From: Octopus bimaculoides
Taxonomy: Eukaryota
Length of the DNA stretch: 48,512 nucleotides
Assembly (NCBI RefSeq): GCF_001194135.2
Contig: NC_068982.1
Location: 165,937,878-165,986,389, forward strand
Reading direction: 5' to 3'
A program made the translations under genes and the position numbers. Shown piece by piece: positions 35,541 through 47,935 of this stretch. The first letter of the stretch is position 1. Each line of letters opens with the position of its first letter. Under the pieces are notes generated by a model, which saw only the letters and a program-made list of their open reading frames with translations, had not been told where the DNA came from and did not search any database.

Positions 35541-35725
35541 ACCACCAATTTGGTGGGATGGGAGTAGTCAATTACATCAACCCCAGTGTTTCACTGGTAC
35601 TTAATTTTTCGACACTGAAAGGATGAAAGGCAAAGTCGACTGCTGCGGAATTTGAACTCAGAACGTAAAGACACACGAAATGCCGCTAAGCATTTTCCCG
35701 GCGTACTAACGATTCTGCCAGCTCG
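35541..35725 (-). mobile_element. SINE family A/B (B-like partial tail)
   Basis: CCCCAGTGTTTCACTGGTACTTAATTTTTCGAC..AAAGGATGAAAGGCAAAGTCGAC..GGAATTTGAACTCAGAACGTAAAGAC..CTAACGATTCTGCCAGCTCG. Confidence 0.9.
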
Positions 35726-36948
35726 TTATGTTTACACTTTGAATTCCAGGATGTTTGAGTGCATTCAATTCTACCCCAGTGATGTTGTTTATAAGAATTC
35801 TGCATTTGAGCTGCGTAACTCAGAGGAATGGTTAGTAAGGTCAGTAGCGAAATGTATCTCGTTTCTTTTTATTTAAAAAAAAACTTGCTTTCTAGCTTCC
35901 AAATGTCATATGTGATATCTATATATATATATGTTATATGTTATAAGACCACACTCGCTATGAAAGGGTCTGTCTCGCCTGATTTAAGAATAATTTCTGT
36001 ACTAATACCACATTTCGTCAATGATGACAAATTTCTTTTGTCCAATAAAAAGTGTTTTGATGCTGTTAGCATTGTTTTTCAGAATTTGTAAAACTTTTTT
36101 GTTGTGTTTACAGTTAATTTTCGTATATGAAACGGCTTCTTTTTTATTCGATTTTGTGCGCTATAACACTGAAAAGGGAGATATCAATGGTACTTCCTGC
36201 TTTTATCGTTGTTGTTCGAGGTACAGTTCTTTATATTGTATAGTCATGTATTTATCTGGATTTTTTACAAATGTTGTTTTTTAGTGATGTTCGTCTGGGT
36301 ATTGTGACATTCATTCATAGGTGTTTCAGGGTCTGCTTTGTGTAGATTTGCAGATATTGTTGTCTTTTAACAACATTTTCACATATAAGAACTGTTCTTT
36401 TGTGATCATTACACATCGTATGCCCGGTCCTCTAACCGTCACCGCACTGCCTTCTTTTTTTAGTATATCATATTTGGTATTAGTATTCCTTTGAACTGAA
36501 TATTTAGTCATTTATGAAGAGGCCGGGATAATATTTGGGGATTATTTAGCGGTAATATTTTCAAGTTCAAGCGACTAACCGAAGTTACCTCATCTACTGT
36601 TGTGCTTTGAATAAAATAGATTTTATATAATTAATGGTAAGCCGTCGAAAGGGAAAAGTATGAAAATTAGGCCACGGCCTTAGTATAATTGAAGACTGTT
36701 CTATGTAACAGGTGACATGTGCTATTAACTAGGAAGGAAAACCTGGAACGTCTTCAGCCAAGAACGGTTAACAAGCCGAGGAATAGTCTGTCAAGGGATT
36801 TCTTTGTCTTATGAACTTCATTAGCTTACATCTGTTTCTGCAATAAGATGCAGTCAAGCAACTATGAGTTCATTACATCTTATAGCAGAAACAGGTATGC
36901 GGTAATGAATTTCCTAAGATAATCATTTATTCTCTTGTCATCTCAAAT

Positions 36949-36988
<40 letters not shown>

Positions 36989-36989
36989 T

Positions 36990-38522
36990 CTTTCAGTTTC
37001 AGTCCAACAACTGCAGCCATACTGGAGCACCGCCGTTTACTTTGCCACACTTTCATTAAACCTCCTCTTATACGTGACATTTGGTGGATGAGGGACGTTG
37101 ATGATGCTGCTCTCATCTATGTTTCTTTCCTTGAGGAAGATTTATCTGGAACTCTCGACAGAAGATCTAATTTTGTTTTGATAAAGCCTACATCCACGCC
37201 ATGGAGGTCTCTCAGGTTTTGTGGGAGGATATTGAAGAGCTGTAGGCCTTTGAGGCCCAACCTGTTGCAATATTGGTCCTGTATCCTTATAGCAGTGTTG
37301 AGGGCTTTGGTACCATGTAGTAGAGCCCCGTCCTGCTGCTTGTGTAAGTGACAATACCAAAGTTTGGAACATTATTTCTAGGATTTTCCAGACCTATATT
37401 ACTGCATATCTTTCACGCCTTCGCTCCAGAGAGTAGAGTCGTAACTCTCAGTTTTTTTCAGTAGCTGATATGGCGCATTGTGTCGATCTTCCTTGTGTAG
37501 CTTCGCTAGATCCCACGAGGTCCGTCGTCAGTTTTACGCTGTTTGGTGACCATAGTTGCGAGCGGTAATCCAGACGACTGAGAACGAAAGTCCTCCAGAG
37601 GACCATCATGATTTCCTTTTCTCTTGTTTTGAAAGTTCGAAGGATCCACCCGGCCAGACGTCTGCATTTTATTGACAACTTGGTAATTTGCACCTGGAAA
37701 GATGTCTCATTACTCATGTCGATGCCCAAGTCACGCACTGATTTTGATTCCGGGATTGGTATCCCTCCTAGGCCAGTGTATCCTATCTGTTTTTCACTGA
37801 GTTTCCTGTGTTGGTAGTGCATGGCTTGGAATTTTCCAGCATTAAACTGCATGTTATTTTCATCAGCTCACCTGTATATTGCGTCCGACTCACGTTGCAG
37901 ATGCAAAACGTCTCCAGGGTTCTGTATCGTCTGAGAAACTTTGGTATCTTCTCATAGCTAGCAAGAGTAGCTACTTGAGCAGCTGAGGGCATATCGGAGA
38001 GGCCCACTATGAATAGCTGTGGCCCCAGAACAGTGTCCTGTAGAACACCACTCATTATTTGTGTTTTCTTCAAGGTGGCCCCATTGACCTCCACTACCTG
38101 ACTTCTATCTTTTAAAACGTCATGTAGCCATTCTCAAAGTTTCCCAAATATACCAAGATTTCAGAGCTTGTGACAAATCATACCAATTTGCAAAGTCGAG
38201 GTATATCACGTCCACATTTGAGTTATTGAGCAGCTGCTTTAGCACCCAATGCAAGAGCTGCGTCAGGCAGCTCCTACCTGCTCGAAAACCATGCTGGGTG
38301 TCAGTCAGCAAGTCATTCGCTTCAAGGAGTGCAATTAAGATTTTAGCATCTGCTCTGCTTTCTTCTTTATGGATGGGGCATATCCTTCTCTCCTTTAGTT
38401 TGTCCGGGAGCTTACCATTTCTGATGAAGCTCTGAAAGGTAGCTGCAATGGTTTTGCAAGGACTCATTTGCATGACTTGAGGAGGATTGCTGGCAATTCA
38501 TCAGGGTCAGAAGCTGAGTTTA
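36990..38522 (-). pseudogene. 5'-truncated CR1/L2-type LINE: RT domain to 3' end, with frameshifts and deletions
   Basis: NSASDPDELPAILLKSCK; GKLPDKLK..ICPIHK; QHGFRAGRSCLTQLL; VDVIYLDF; GVLQDTVLGPQLF; MQFNAGKFQ; VRDLGI; LAGWILRTFKTRE; LSRLDYRSQLWSP; LPQNLRDLHGVDVGFIKTKLD. 3' terminus GGCGGTGCTCCAGTATGGCTGCAGTTGTTGGACTGAAAC. Confidence 0.94.
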
Positions 38523-38629
38523 CATCTATATCATCTATAATTATTTATACATAGAGGGTGATTGAATATTAATTCAATTTAAAACCAAGTGGCCTAGCAT
38601 ATAAAAAATCTGAAAATTCAGAATAATTG

Positions 38630-38724
38630 TATTACACGTGTATAAGGAATGACCACTAAGTTGATGACCTCTTTCTAGCATATTGGATGTCCACTTAGTG
38701 GTCATCCCTTATACACGTGTAATA
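38630..38724. repeat. Inverted repeat: 32-bp arms, 1 mismatch, 31-nt spacer
   Basis: TATTACACGTGTATAAGGAATGACCACTAAGT (38630-38661) pairs with ACTTAGTGGTCATCCCTTATACACGTGTAATA (38693-38724). Confidence 0.95.
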
Positions 38725-38748
38725 TATATATATATGTGTGTGTGTGTG

Positions 38749-38808
<60 letters not shown>

Positions 38809-39339
38809 TATACATACATATATACACACACTCACACATACACATACACACACTCACACATATACATATTCAAATATATATATACATATATATTATCCGA
38901 AATGTATAGTATTAAATATCCATTACTATACATTTCAGATAATATACCCACTCTGACAGATATGGGAGTGCATCTTTTCCTCGACTTATGGTCTCTTAGA
39001 CGACTCACGTATACAAATATATATATATATACTCACACATATGCACACGTCCATACGCACGCACAGACACAAATACACAAAACGCACATCACTCCACATA
39101 ATGTACGCACTGGGTACACATATACGCACACACAAATCCACATTGTTTTCAGCTCACTCACACATACATACTCACACACTCATCCCCCATTCATACATAC
39201 ATAACATTCTCATACACGCACGCGCGCGAGAGAACAACTTCGTTCGGCCGGGTATTGTAATTATCTCCTTTTCATTCAGCCTTCTTCTGGCTATTTCATC
39301 ATGTTGAACTGTTAATCTCTGAAGAAAATTTCTCTCACC

Positions 39340-39502
39340 GATTTTTTCTTTCATTCTCTCTCTCCTTTTTTACCCCTCTTAATCCTTTTTGTGGAAGAGC
39401 GTAGACTCCAAACGTAAAAGACTTTTCATTCTTACCGAGCGTTAAACTAATACACTTTCTTGTTGTTCCTACACCTGTCTTCGTCTTTTGATTTCTGTAA
39501 AT

Positions 39503-39503
<1 letters not shown>
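39340..39503 (+). mobile_element. Putative Penelope-like terminal repeat related to 325-480
   Basis: GAAGAGCGTAGACTCCAAACGTAAAAGAC followed by CCGAGCGTTAAACTAATACAC. The layout matches 325-480 but the CTGA of the core is absent. Confidence 0.4.
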
Positions 39504-39566
<63 letters not shown>

Positions 39567-39634
39567 TAATAACAGCAACAACAACAACAACAACAATAAT
39601 AATAATAATAATAATAATAATAATNNNNNNNNNN

Positions 39635-39708
<74 letters not shown>
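39504..39708. repeat. (AAT)n/(AAC)n, gap, (GT)n
   Basis: Directly visible. Confidence 0.97.
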
Positions 39709-39710
<2 letters not shown>

Positions 39711-42079
39711 ACACGTAACTGCTGTTTCAGCTACTAGGATTGATAGAGACACTACATCAGTAACCACCGACATTACTGTTGCTGCTACTAACAGCCAATT
39801 CTTAACACCAATACTACCAGTTATAAACAAAATAAAACTAATACTGCTAAAAGTGTTACTATTTTCAATTTATTTTTCCCTTCTCTTACAGCGTGACTAA
39901 ATCATCTTAAAACGACTGAATCCAGTAGCATTCTTCGATATAAATATTTTCTTTCTCGTTGTCTTCATAAAGTTCTGAAAGCATTTCTTTTTCTTAATGT
40001 ATGTGTGTATACTTAAGTTTATATGTATGAATATATGCATGAATGTATATACAGCTTTTTCTATGTATGTATGCATGTGAGCATATATTGTATTAGTGTT
40101 TTATGAGCCATTTAAAAAATACATATATTATATTATATTCACTTGTCTTTTATGAGTATTTTGTGATAACAGTATTTGCCATTAAATATCAAAGTTGTTC
40201 GATTTTGAAATGCAAGAATAATTTTAATAAATGCAACAATACTGTATTTTTACTAATAACATTCAGTGATATTTTTTTCCCGTTTTAAATCTATGCTTAT
40301 CACTATCACTGTGACTGATCTAATATAAACAAATTATGCATGAAACAAAAGATGTTTTCTTTTTTATGTTTATGTAAATTGTAAAAGTTTGTTTCTAAAA
40401 TGGAACTTGCGTTTTATGTTTATTTTTACAGTTCAGATTTCCATTTCTTCTATAAATTACAATGTTACTATGTGAAGGTGAAACCTATAATAATACATTA
40501 ATGTATTGGTATCATAACTTTCAAGTACAAGTTCTTACGTTGAGATACATTTATAAGAAAACAGTACATAGTCTCATGAGTCAACCGTGTTCCTTGCTTG
40601 AAACCAAGTTAAATATTATGCTTTGAAAGAATATGATATCCCGTTTAAATATCTTCTAAGATGTTATTGTGATCGCAAGAACTGTTAAGCCTACTAATTT
40701 TCTGGCAACATTCCACTTCCCTTACTCCCCGTAAATGTGAATTTGAGATGTAATTTAGAGCCTAGGGAAGTGTCGGTGCCACTGGGCTTATGTGTTGATG
40801 ACAGTTCACTTATATAAACCTTTTCGTAGTCACCCATAAGTCATTAAGAGCTACGAATTATTGTCTTGTAATTAGAGGGTTAATATTTCTATAAGTAGAT
40901 TTGTATAAGTTTAGGTATGGAAGTGTGAAGGCTACAATAATGAAATCTTAATCTTCGTAAAAAGTAAATTTCAAATGAAGTAGATTGACTGTTATTTCCA
41001 TTCGAATTCGTGAATTATTTTAATATTTTTATATATGTTATATATGATGTTGTTATGGGTTGCTTATTTATAAACGATATATAATATGGTGGCTTTGGCT
41101 CTGGGATATATTGATATCTATAATAATAATTTTAGAAAGAGTGTGTTGGTAATACCAAGCACGAATGCTTTTAGAGTTCTTATTCTCGGTAGATACATCG
41201 ACCTGAAGTATGCAAAACGCTTGTATGAAGTTAATCTGAATCCCAAGTGAAAAGCAATGAACTCATTTGAAAATGTGCAAAGTTGTTTCTATGTAGATTA
41301 AGGATAGTCCAGTCTATAAAGTTCTAAATGCATTTTCTGCTGTATAGTTAAAAATTTTAAACGGATAGTTTTCTGTCTTAAGAAATAATGTAAAGAGACC
41401 ATTAGGCCACTTTTCAGAAAAGAGAGAAAATGAGAAATGACAAGCTGTTTAGGACAAGATGCATTGTTTTAGAAATATAAACTAGAAATTTTCACAGAAT
41501 GAATATGAATTGTTCATTTTCTAGCAAATGTATGTTCTTTAGAGATGAGCCTCCGATAAGCCAAACTTGCCATCAGATTTTCGTTCTAGTTTGTACGTAT
41601 CTTAAGTTTTACGTTACCATTGATACCTTTGGAATTGTGTGAAACTGGCCTTATAAATCCTAAGGCTCAAGAAAGAAAAAAGAGTAATGGAAACGTATGA
41701 TCCTATTATGAACTCGAGATATTGTTCCTAAGAAATACTATAATAGTCCAGCTGCTAGTAGTGTAGAATGGTGGAAAACCTCAAAAGAAGCAACACTATC
41801 CAGTATTTTATTAATGAAATATATTCTGTTTTGAATTTCTTATCACGCTCTTTTAATTTCTTGTCATGCTCTTAGGGACAGGAAAGGTTATCAGGAGGAT
41901 TCTAAGCACTTGAAAGATTATTGAAAGTTTATGGATACCTAAGGTTACAGATAGTAACCTGCTACCCACATAAATCCTACCAGAAGTAAGATCGAATCTG
42001 AGTCAAATCAATAATGATGATGATGATGATGATGATGATGGTGGTGTTTCAATAAAAACACGGGTGGTTGCGTCACCTC

Positions 42080-42203
42080 ATCCCCAGAAATGATGAAAGG
42101 CAAAGACGACTTCGACTGAATTTGAACTCAGAACGTAAAGACGGGAAAAATACCGCTAGACACTTTGCTCGGCATGCTAACGACTCTGCCAGCTCGCTGC
42201 CTT
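42080..42203 (-). mobile_element. SINE family A/B, 5' portion
   Basis: GATGAAAGGCAAAGACGACTTCGACTGAATTTGAACTCAGAACGTAAAGACGGG..TACCGCTA..GCTAACGACTCTGCCAGCTCGCTGCCTT. Confidence 0.88.
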
Positions 42204-42208
42204 GTCAC

Positions 42209-42241
<33 letters not shown>

Positions 42242-42242
<1 letters not shown>

Positions 42243-42327
42243 TGAACTTCTAACTTGTTGTCTCTTGAGGTCTCTGGGTGAGACTTGGATCCAACTTGTA
42301 CAAATGCAAAACAAAAGTCAAACATAA
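42242..42327 (+). mobile_element. Probable retroposon 3' UTR fragment embedded in (AAT)n
   Basis: An 86-nt non-repetitive insert (TAACTTGTTGTCTCTTGAGGTCTCTGGGTGAGACTTGG..) with (AAT)n on both sides. The R4/Dong assignment comes from context and recollection only. Confidence 0.45.
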
Positions 42328-42415
<88 letters not shown>

Positions 42416-42417
<2 letters not shown>

Positions 42418-42607
42418 TCCGAAAGATTTGAACAGATGGATAGAGGAAATAGACATAAAATCCAGTTAAATACAGCTCTAGAAAAGAGTTAGTAGAGACA
42501 GCTAGGATACTTAAGAGGGTTCTTGGCATCTAAAGTTACTTGTAGCCCAATGTTAGGATATTTTCTTTTCCAACAGTCTAATCAGTTGTGTGTATATGAA
42601 TAATAAT
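42416..42607 (+). mobile_element. 5'-truncated R4/Dong-type LINE C-terminus and 3' UTR starting in (AAT)n
   Basis: IPKDLNRWIEEIDIKSS*IQL, then ETARILKRVLGI* (42495-42533), matching the LQK..LLGTARILR.VL ORF end of RLE LINEs. Short (AAT)3 at 42599-42607. Confidence 0.75.
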
Positions 42608-42690
42608 TGTGTATGTATATTTAAACGCATACATATATGTGTATGCGTGTAAGTGTCTGTGTGTATGAGTATGTAACATCTCTATACGTA

Positions 42691-42728
<38 letters not shown>

Positions 42729-42800
42729 CATATATATANNNNNNNNNNNNNNNNNNNNNNNNNNNNNNNNNNNNNNNNNNNNNNNNNNNNNNNNNNNNNN

Positions 42801-42839
<39 letters not shown>

Positions 42840-43589
42840 GTGTGTGTACATATATATATACACTTATATGTGAATATCAGATAGTGCTTGTGTGAATGAA
42901 TGTGTATGCGTATGGATAGTCATTGTTTCTCTGTGTGTATGTGTTCGTGTATATGCACTCACTTATACTAGTGCACTAATGAATATTCACAGTTTCCATT
43001 TTTTATTCAGAGTACATATGAAAAGAATATATGTGGCTCTACAGAGAATTAAATAGAATGTCCTACAATTAATGCAATATGAATAGAGGTTACATTGTAG
43101 ATGAATTAGAAACTATTCAATTTAATATTTCATTTTAGAATATATGACGTTATATTACTGCAATACCTGAAGGAAATCAAATGTATAATAGGAGTAAAAA
43201 AATCCGATGGAGAATGTAAAAATATTTTAAAGGCCATATTGTTTTCCATAGCATTTGGTATGAAAGGGAAGAAGGAAAGAAGCAATGGAAGAAAGAAAAA
43301 CAGAAAGAAAGGAAGGGAGCTATGAAGGAAGGAAAATGATGAAGAAAAAGAAAAAGAAATAAAGAATAAAACAAAGAAGGAAATAAAGAGAGAAAGCGAG
43401 CAAGCAAGAGGGTAAGATGGAAGGAATTAAGGTAACAGGCTATTTTCCAATGCAGTAATGTTTCAAATTTGAAAATATTGAAATCATTTACAAGAAATAT
43501 TAAAAAGTGGCAGGATAAGCGAGGAAAATGAGTCTCTCCCCGTATATAAAAATTAAAGATTTGTCTTTATGATTAGTCAACAGATTTTG

Positions 43590-43715
43590 GCAGTGTGGTA
43601 AAAAAGTTTGGTCCTCAGTCACGTTTTTCCGGTTTTGTCCCCACTGCATTTAGAGCAAGTTTTTCATGAAAGGGAAATTACGGAAGCTCAAACTGTATAG
43701 AAGTCTGTCGTATGG
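43590..43715 (+). mobile_element. Old SINE family C head
   Basis: GGCAGTGTGGTAAAAAAGTTTG..CCGGTTTTGTCCCCACTGC..GAGCAAGT..ACGGAAGCTCAAACTGTATAGAAGTCTGTCGTAT parallels the head and pre-microsatellite segment of 22345-22760. Confidence 0.45.
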
Positions 43716-45632
43716 GTTTACTTGTACTTGCGTGTTATATTTAATCTGTCTCCTGAGTTTGCAATATAGATTCGATTCGTGGCTGAATCTTTCTTTGTAG
43801 ATGTAAAAATATAGAAACTAAAATGTTTAGTGGCTTATTTTAGAAATAGTATGTTAAAAAGTATGAATGAAAGGAAATCGACAAGGCTAAGTAGACGGGA
43901 ATCTAACAGACAGATACCACCACACACGCACACACATGTCTATACACATAGATATAAGTTTACTCATTCCTAGACAAGTTTTAAAAGTGCCTTAGAGTGA
44001 GAGACAAATAGAATAAGATGGAGAACTATATGGAGAAGTAGAAGAGGCAGAGAACGAAACAGAAGGGAAAACATAGAAATAGACTTTAACTCCTTAAAAT
44101 TGATATTTGAACATGATGGCAAATAAACTCTGCAATGATAGCAAATAAACTCTGCAATTGTGATGAAGTATATTCATGAACACATTGAAACAGCGTACTC
44201 GCTATTTCTTTATGTCTTTCATTCTTTCCCTTTCTGTGTCATTAATACATACTCACATACAGCGCGCGCGCGCGTCTTTGTATCTTTGTGAAGCACTTTT
44301 GACTCTTGCTAACATCCATATCTCCGGTAGGACGATAGAAGCTGTACAAAATCTAAATTGTTATGAGCAAGATTACAAAACGTAATTCTCTTATTATTAG
44401 GGGCTGATTTTTACGTAAACATCATAGTTCTTCGTTCAGCACAGCCTATATGCATTGGAAAACTATCACAAATCAAAATACTACCCGCAGTCATTCACAA
44501 TACTGAGTGAATGACTATAAATTTTACACATCCAAACCTATGCATAACATTTTATGACAGACCTATAAAGCAAGTAGTAGAATTTGTCTATTTTACATAT
44601 AGACTGCCCGCTTAACAATAACAAGAATTGCATAGGTATGGTAGATTTCCCCACAAAAATTAACAATTTATGAAATGAGATTAAATATCACTTAAAGCCA
44701 AATTAAGTTATTGTAAACATTTACCATAAACATTCTATTTAAACAGCATCCAGACAACTACTGGTATATCATCTTCACTTCAAAAGGAACACTCATTGAA
44801 TATGTCTGGATCAGATTGGGACACCGAACTTAAGAAAACAACTTCAAAATTGATGTATTTCAAAACATGTTACGTGATTTGTTAGTGGTAAGCGCCTAAA
44901 AGGATTAGAATACCAAACCTACAACAATTGACACAACTTCAACCTATTTTTTTAGTAAAATAGAAAGCCACTTCTTAAAATTATCTGACCACGCCGAGCA
45001 TTCGCCTTTTCTTTTTAAGACCTATTTGGAAGACATGTTGCCTGGAAAGAGAAACCTAAGCAACCTAAGCTACATAAACGGTACAGAGAAAGACCAAATT
45101 CTGAAGTAATGTCAATATCAGTCGTAGGATATTATTCGTGTTCGCTTGCCATTGTATTAAATACAATGACAGCGAGTAGGGATAATTAGAGAAAATATGT
45201 TCATGCGGATTAGTACTGTGCTGCAAACGAGAAGAGAAATTTATAACACACACACAGACACACATATATGTGTGTGTTTGTGCATACAGGGAGAGAGAAA
45301 GAGAGAGCGAGGGGGAGAGAGAGAGGGGGAGAGAGAGAGAGAGAAAGAGAGAGAGTGAGGAACCTCGTGTGACGACGAAAAAAGGTAAACCTCAGTACTG
45401 TTGGGAATAGAAGACAATGCTTATTAAATGATACAGGTACGGAGACTTACAATCACGACTTTAAGTTTCAGTGTCAACAAATCGATTATCGCTATATATC
45501 TCAGCTGTTGCTGTGACAACAGATAGACAGCGAATCGCTATTGGATGTGATTTTTATAATTTTTAAACAATGTATTATATACTTACTTGACCAGCTGTAA
45601 GGAACTAGTAATGGATGTATTACACTTATAAA

Positions 45633-45829
45633 TATTATTTTCTACTCTAGGCACAAGACCCGAAAATTTTGGAGAGGGAGCCAGAAGATTAGATCGACCC
45701 CAGTACGCAACTATAGACCCCAAAAGGCAAAGTCGACCTCGGTGCAATTTGAACTCAGAACGTAAAGACAGACGAAATACCGCTAAGCATTTTGCCCGGC
45801 GAGCTAATGCTTCTGCTAGCTCGCCGCCT
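45633..45829 (-). mobile_element. SINE family B with internal deletion
   Basis: TATTATTTTCTACTCTAGGCACAAGACC (tail), GATCGACCCCAGTACGCAACT, AAAGGCAAAGTCGACCTCGG..TTTGAACTCAGAACGTAAAGACAGACGAAATACCGCTAAGCATTTTGCCCGGCG..GCTCGCCGCCTT. Confidence 0.9.
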
Positions 45830-46165
45830 TATTATAGTCATAAATATTGTTACATACTTTGTATGAAATGCCTGCCTTACTAATTAATAACTGCGCACAA
45901 TGCTATGAAAAATGAAATTATGTTTTGCATATCAAACAATAAAATGTGAAATAGCTCATATGTGAAATATTCTTGTATTAATACATCCTACAATAATACT
46001 CAGAGGCTTTATATACTTCGATATTTGATATGAAGATATCATTGTAATAGTTCAATGATAACACTACAAAATTATCAAGCAACATTTAATTTTCCACCAT
46101 GAGTCAGCCAGTTCTTTTATTTCTTACCTTTCTCAAAAATATTTATCTGCTAGTGTACGCATGCT

Positions 46166-46204
<39 letters not shown>

Positions 46205-46677
46205 NNNNNNNNNNNNNNNNNNNNNNNNNNNNNNNNNNNNNNNNNNNNNNNNNNNNNNNNNNNNNNNNNNNNNNNNNNNNNNNNNNNNNNNNNNNNNNNN
46301 NNNNNNNNNNNNNNNNNNNNNNNNNNNNNNNNNNNNNNNNNNNNNNNNNNNNNNNNNNNNNNNNNNNNNNNNNNNNNNNNNNNNNNNNNNNNNNNNNNNN
46401 NNNNNNNNNNNNNNNNNNNNNNNNNNNNNNNNNNNNNNNNNNNNNNNNNNNNNNNNNNNNNNNNNNNNNNNNNNNNNNNNNNNNNNNNNNNNNNNNNNNN
46501 NNNNNNNNNNNNNNNNNNNNNNNNNNNNNNNNNNNNNNNNNNNNNNNNNNNNNNNNNNNNNNNNNNNNNNNNNNNNNNNNNNNNNNNNNNNNNNNNNNNN
46601 NNNNNNNNNNNNNNNNNNNNNNNNNNTATATATATATGTATGTATGTATGTATGTATCTATCTATCTATATTTATGC

Positions 46678-46723
<46 letters not shown>

Positions 46724-47111
46724 ATACATATATATATATTCTTGTGAATGAATGTGTGCGTGTATACATGTTCATATGTTCGTACGTATACATATCTCGT
46801 CCTACAAAAACTAGCCTCCTTATTCAAAACACAAATGCATACCTATAAGCTTGTGTGCGTGTGTATGTATGTGTTGTGACCTACAGTAAACAATGAAACA
46901 ATGGGAATCAATAGGAATCATACTAACATTATAAATATAAACTTTCCGTTCTTTTTTATGCATCCATAGCTATGCAATTCAGGAAATTTCCATTTTGTTT
47001 GCGTTTGAGTGTGCGTGTGCGACCTTGTGTGTATGTTTAATTACTGGCGCATATAAGTTATATTTATTCTTTTTTCAACTGTTTACATTTCTTTTTGATA
47101 TAATACAACGG

Positions 47112-47186
<75 letters not shown>

Positions 47187-47260
47187 GTAGGTAGGTAGGT
47201 AGATAGATAGATAGATAGATAGAAAGATAGAAAGATAGAAAGATAGAAAGGTAAGCAGGT
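47112..47260. repeat. (GATA)n/(GGTA)n/(GAAAGATA)n compound microsatellite
   Basis: Directly visible. Confidence 0.96.
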
Positions 47261-47453
47261 AGACAAGCAGACACAGGGATAGTGAGATAGATAGATTGAT
47301 TGATTGATTTCCAGTACGTTAAACAAAAGTAACATATATCCATTTCTGTAAAGAAATGAAAACTTATGATACTATCAACATAGGTCTCCGTATCCGCAAA
47401 ATTTTAAGCAAGTTAAACATTTAGTAATTGTTATAAGCCCCCGATTTCTTACA

Positions 47454-47503
<50 letters not shown>

Positions 47504-47533
47504 TAATAATAATAATAACAGTTATTATTATTA

Positions 47534-47749
47534 TAAGCCATTCTACTACTACCACAAGGCCTGAATTTTGGAGGGAGGGGAGGTTTGTCGATTACATTGA
47601 CTTCAGTGCTCAACTGGTACTTATTTTATCGACCTTGAAAGGAGCAAGGAAAAGTCACATAGCCGGCGATATTTGGACTGAGACCGTAAAGACTGACGAA
47701 ATGCTTCCTAGCATTTTGTCCGGTGAGTTATGTATTCTGCAGCTCACTG

Positions 47750-47750
<1 letters not shown>
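47534..47750 (-). mobile_element. Diverged SINE family B flanked by (AAT)n arrays
   Basis: CACAAGGCCTGAATTTTGGAGGGAGGGG (tail), GTCGATTACATTGAC..CAACTGGTACTTATTTTATCGACC..CGTAAAGACTGACGAAATGC..ATTCTGCAGCTCACTGC. Confidence 0.8.
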
Positions 47751-47753
<3 letters not shown>

Positions 47754-47809
<56 letters not shown>

Positions 47810-47863
47810 GTGAAAGCACGTTATAAAAATAAAACTACTGGACAATAATAATAATAATAATAC

Positions 47864-47894
<31 letters not shown>

Positions 47895-47935
47895 AAGAAG
47901 AAGAAGAAGAAGAAGAAGAAGAAGAAGAATAAGAA
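47754..47935. repeat. (AAT)n arrays switching to (AAG)n
   Basis: Directly visible; another (AAT)n lies at 47455-47519. Confidence 0.97.

Noticed and set aside
36000-36511. Minus-strand peptides KFVIIDEM and KKEGSAVTVRGPG hinting at a transposase or helicase
   Set aside because: The motifs are too short and ambiguous, with many stops between them.
40431-40476. Possible 46-nt exon SDFHFFYKLQCYYVK
   Set aside because: Good acceptor but only a moderate donor (GTGAAA), no phase-compatible partner and no homology.
43260-43440. Purine-rich GAA/GGAA tract with a Phe/Ser-rich antisense ORF
   Set aside because: Low-complexity decayed microsatellite; the ORF is a compositional artefact.
44113-44156. 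22-bp tandem duplication ATGAT(G/A)GCAAATAAACTCTGCA
   Set aside because: Only two units; ordinary slippage or repair duplication.
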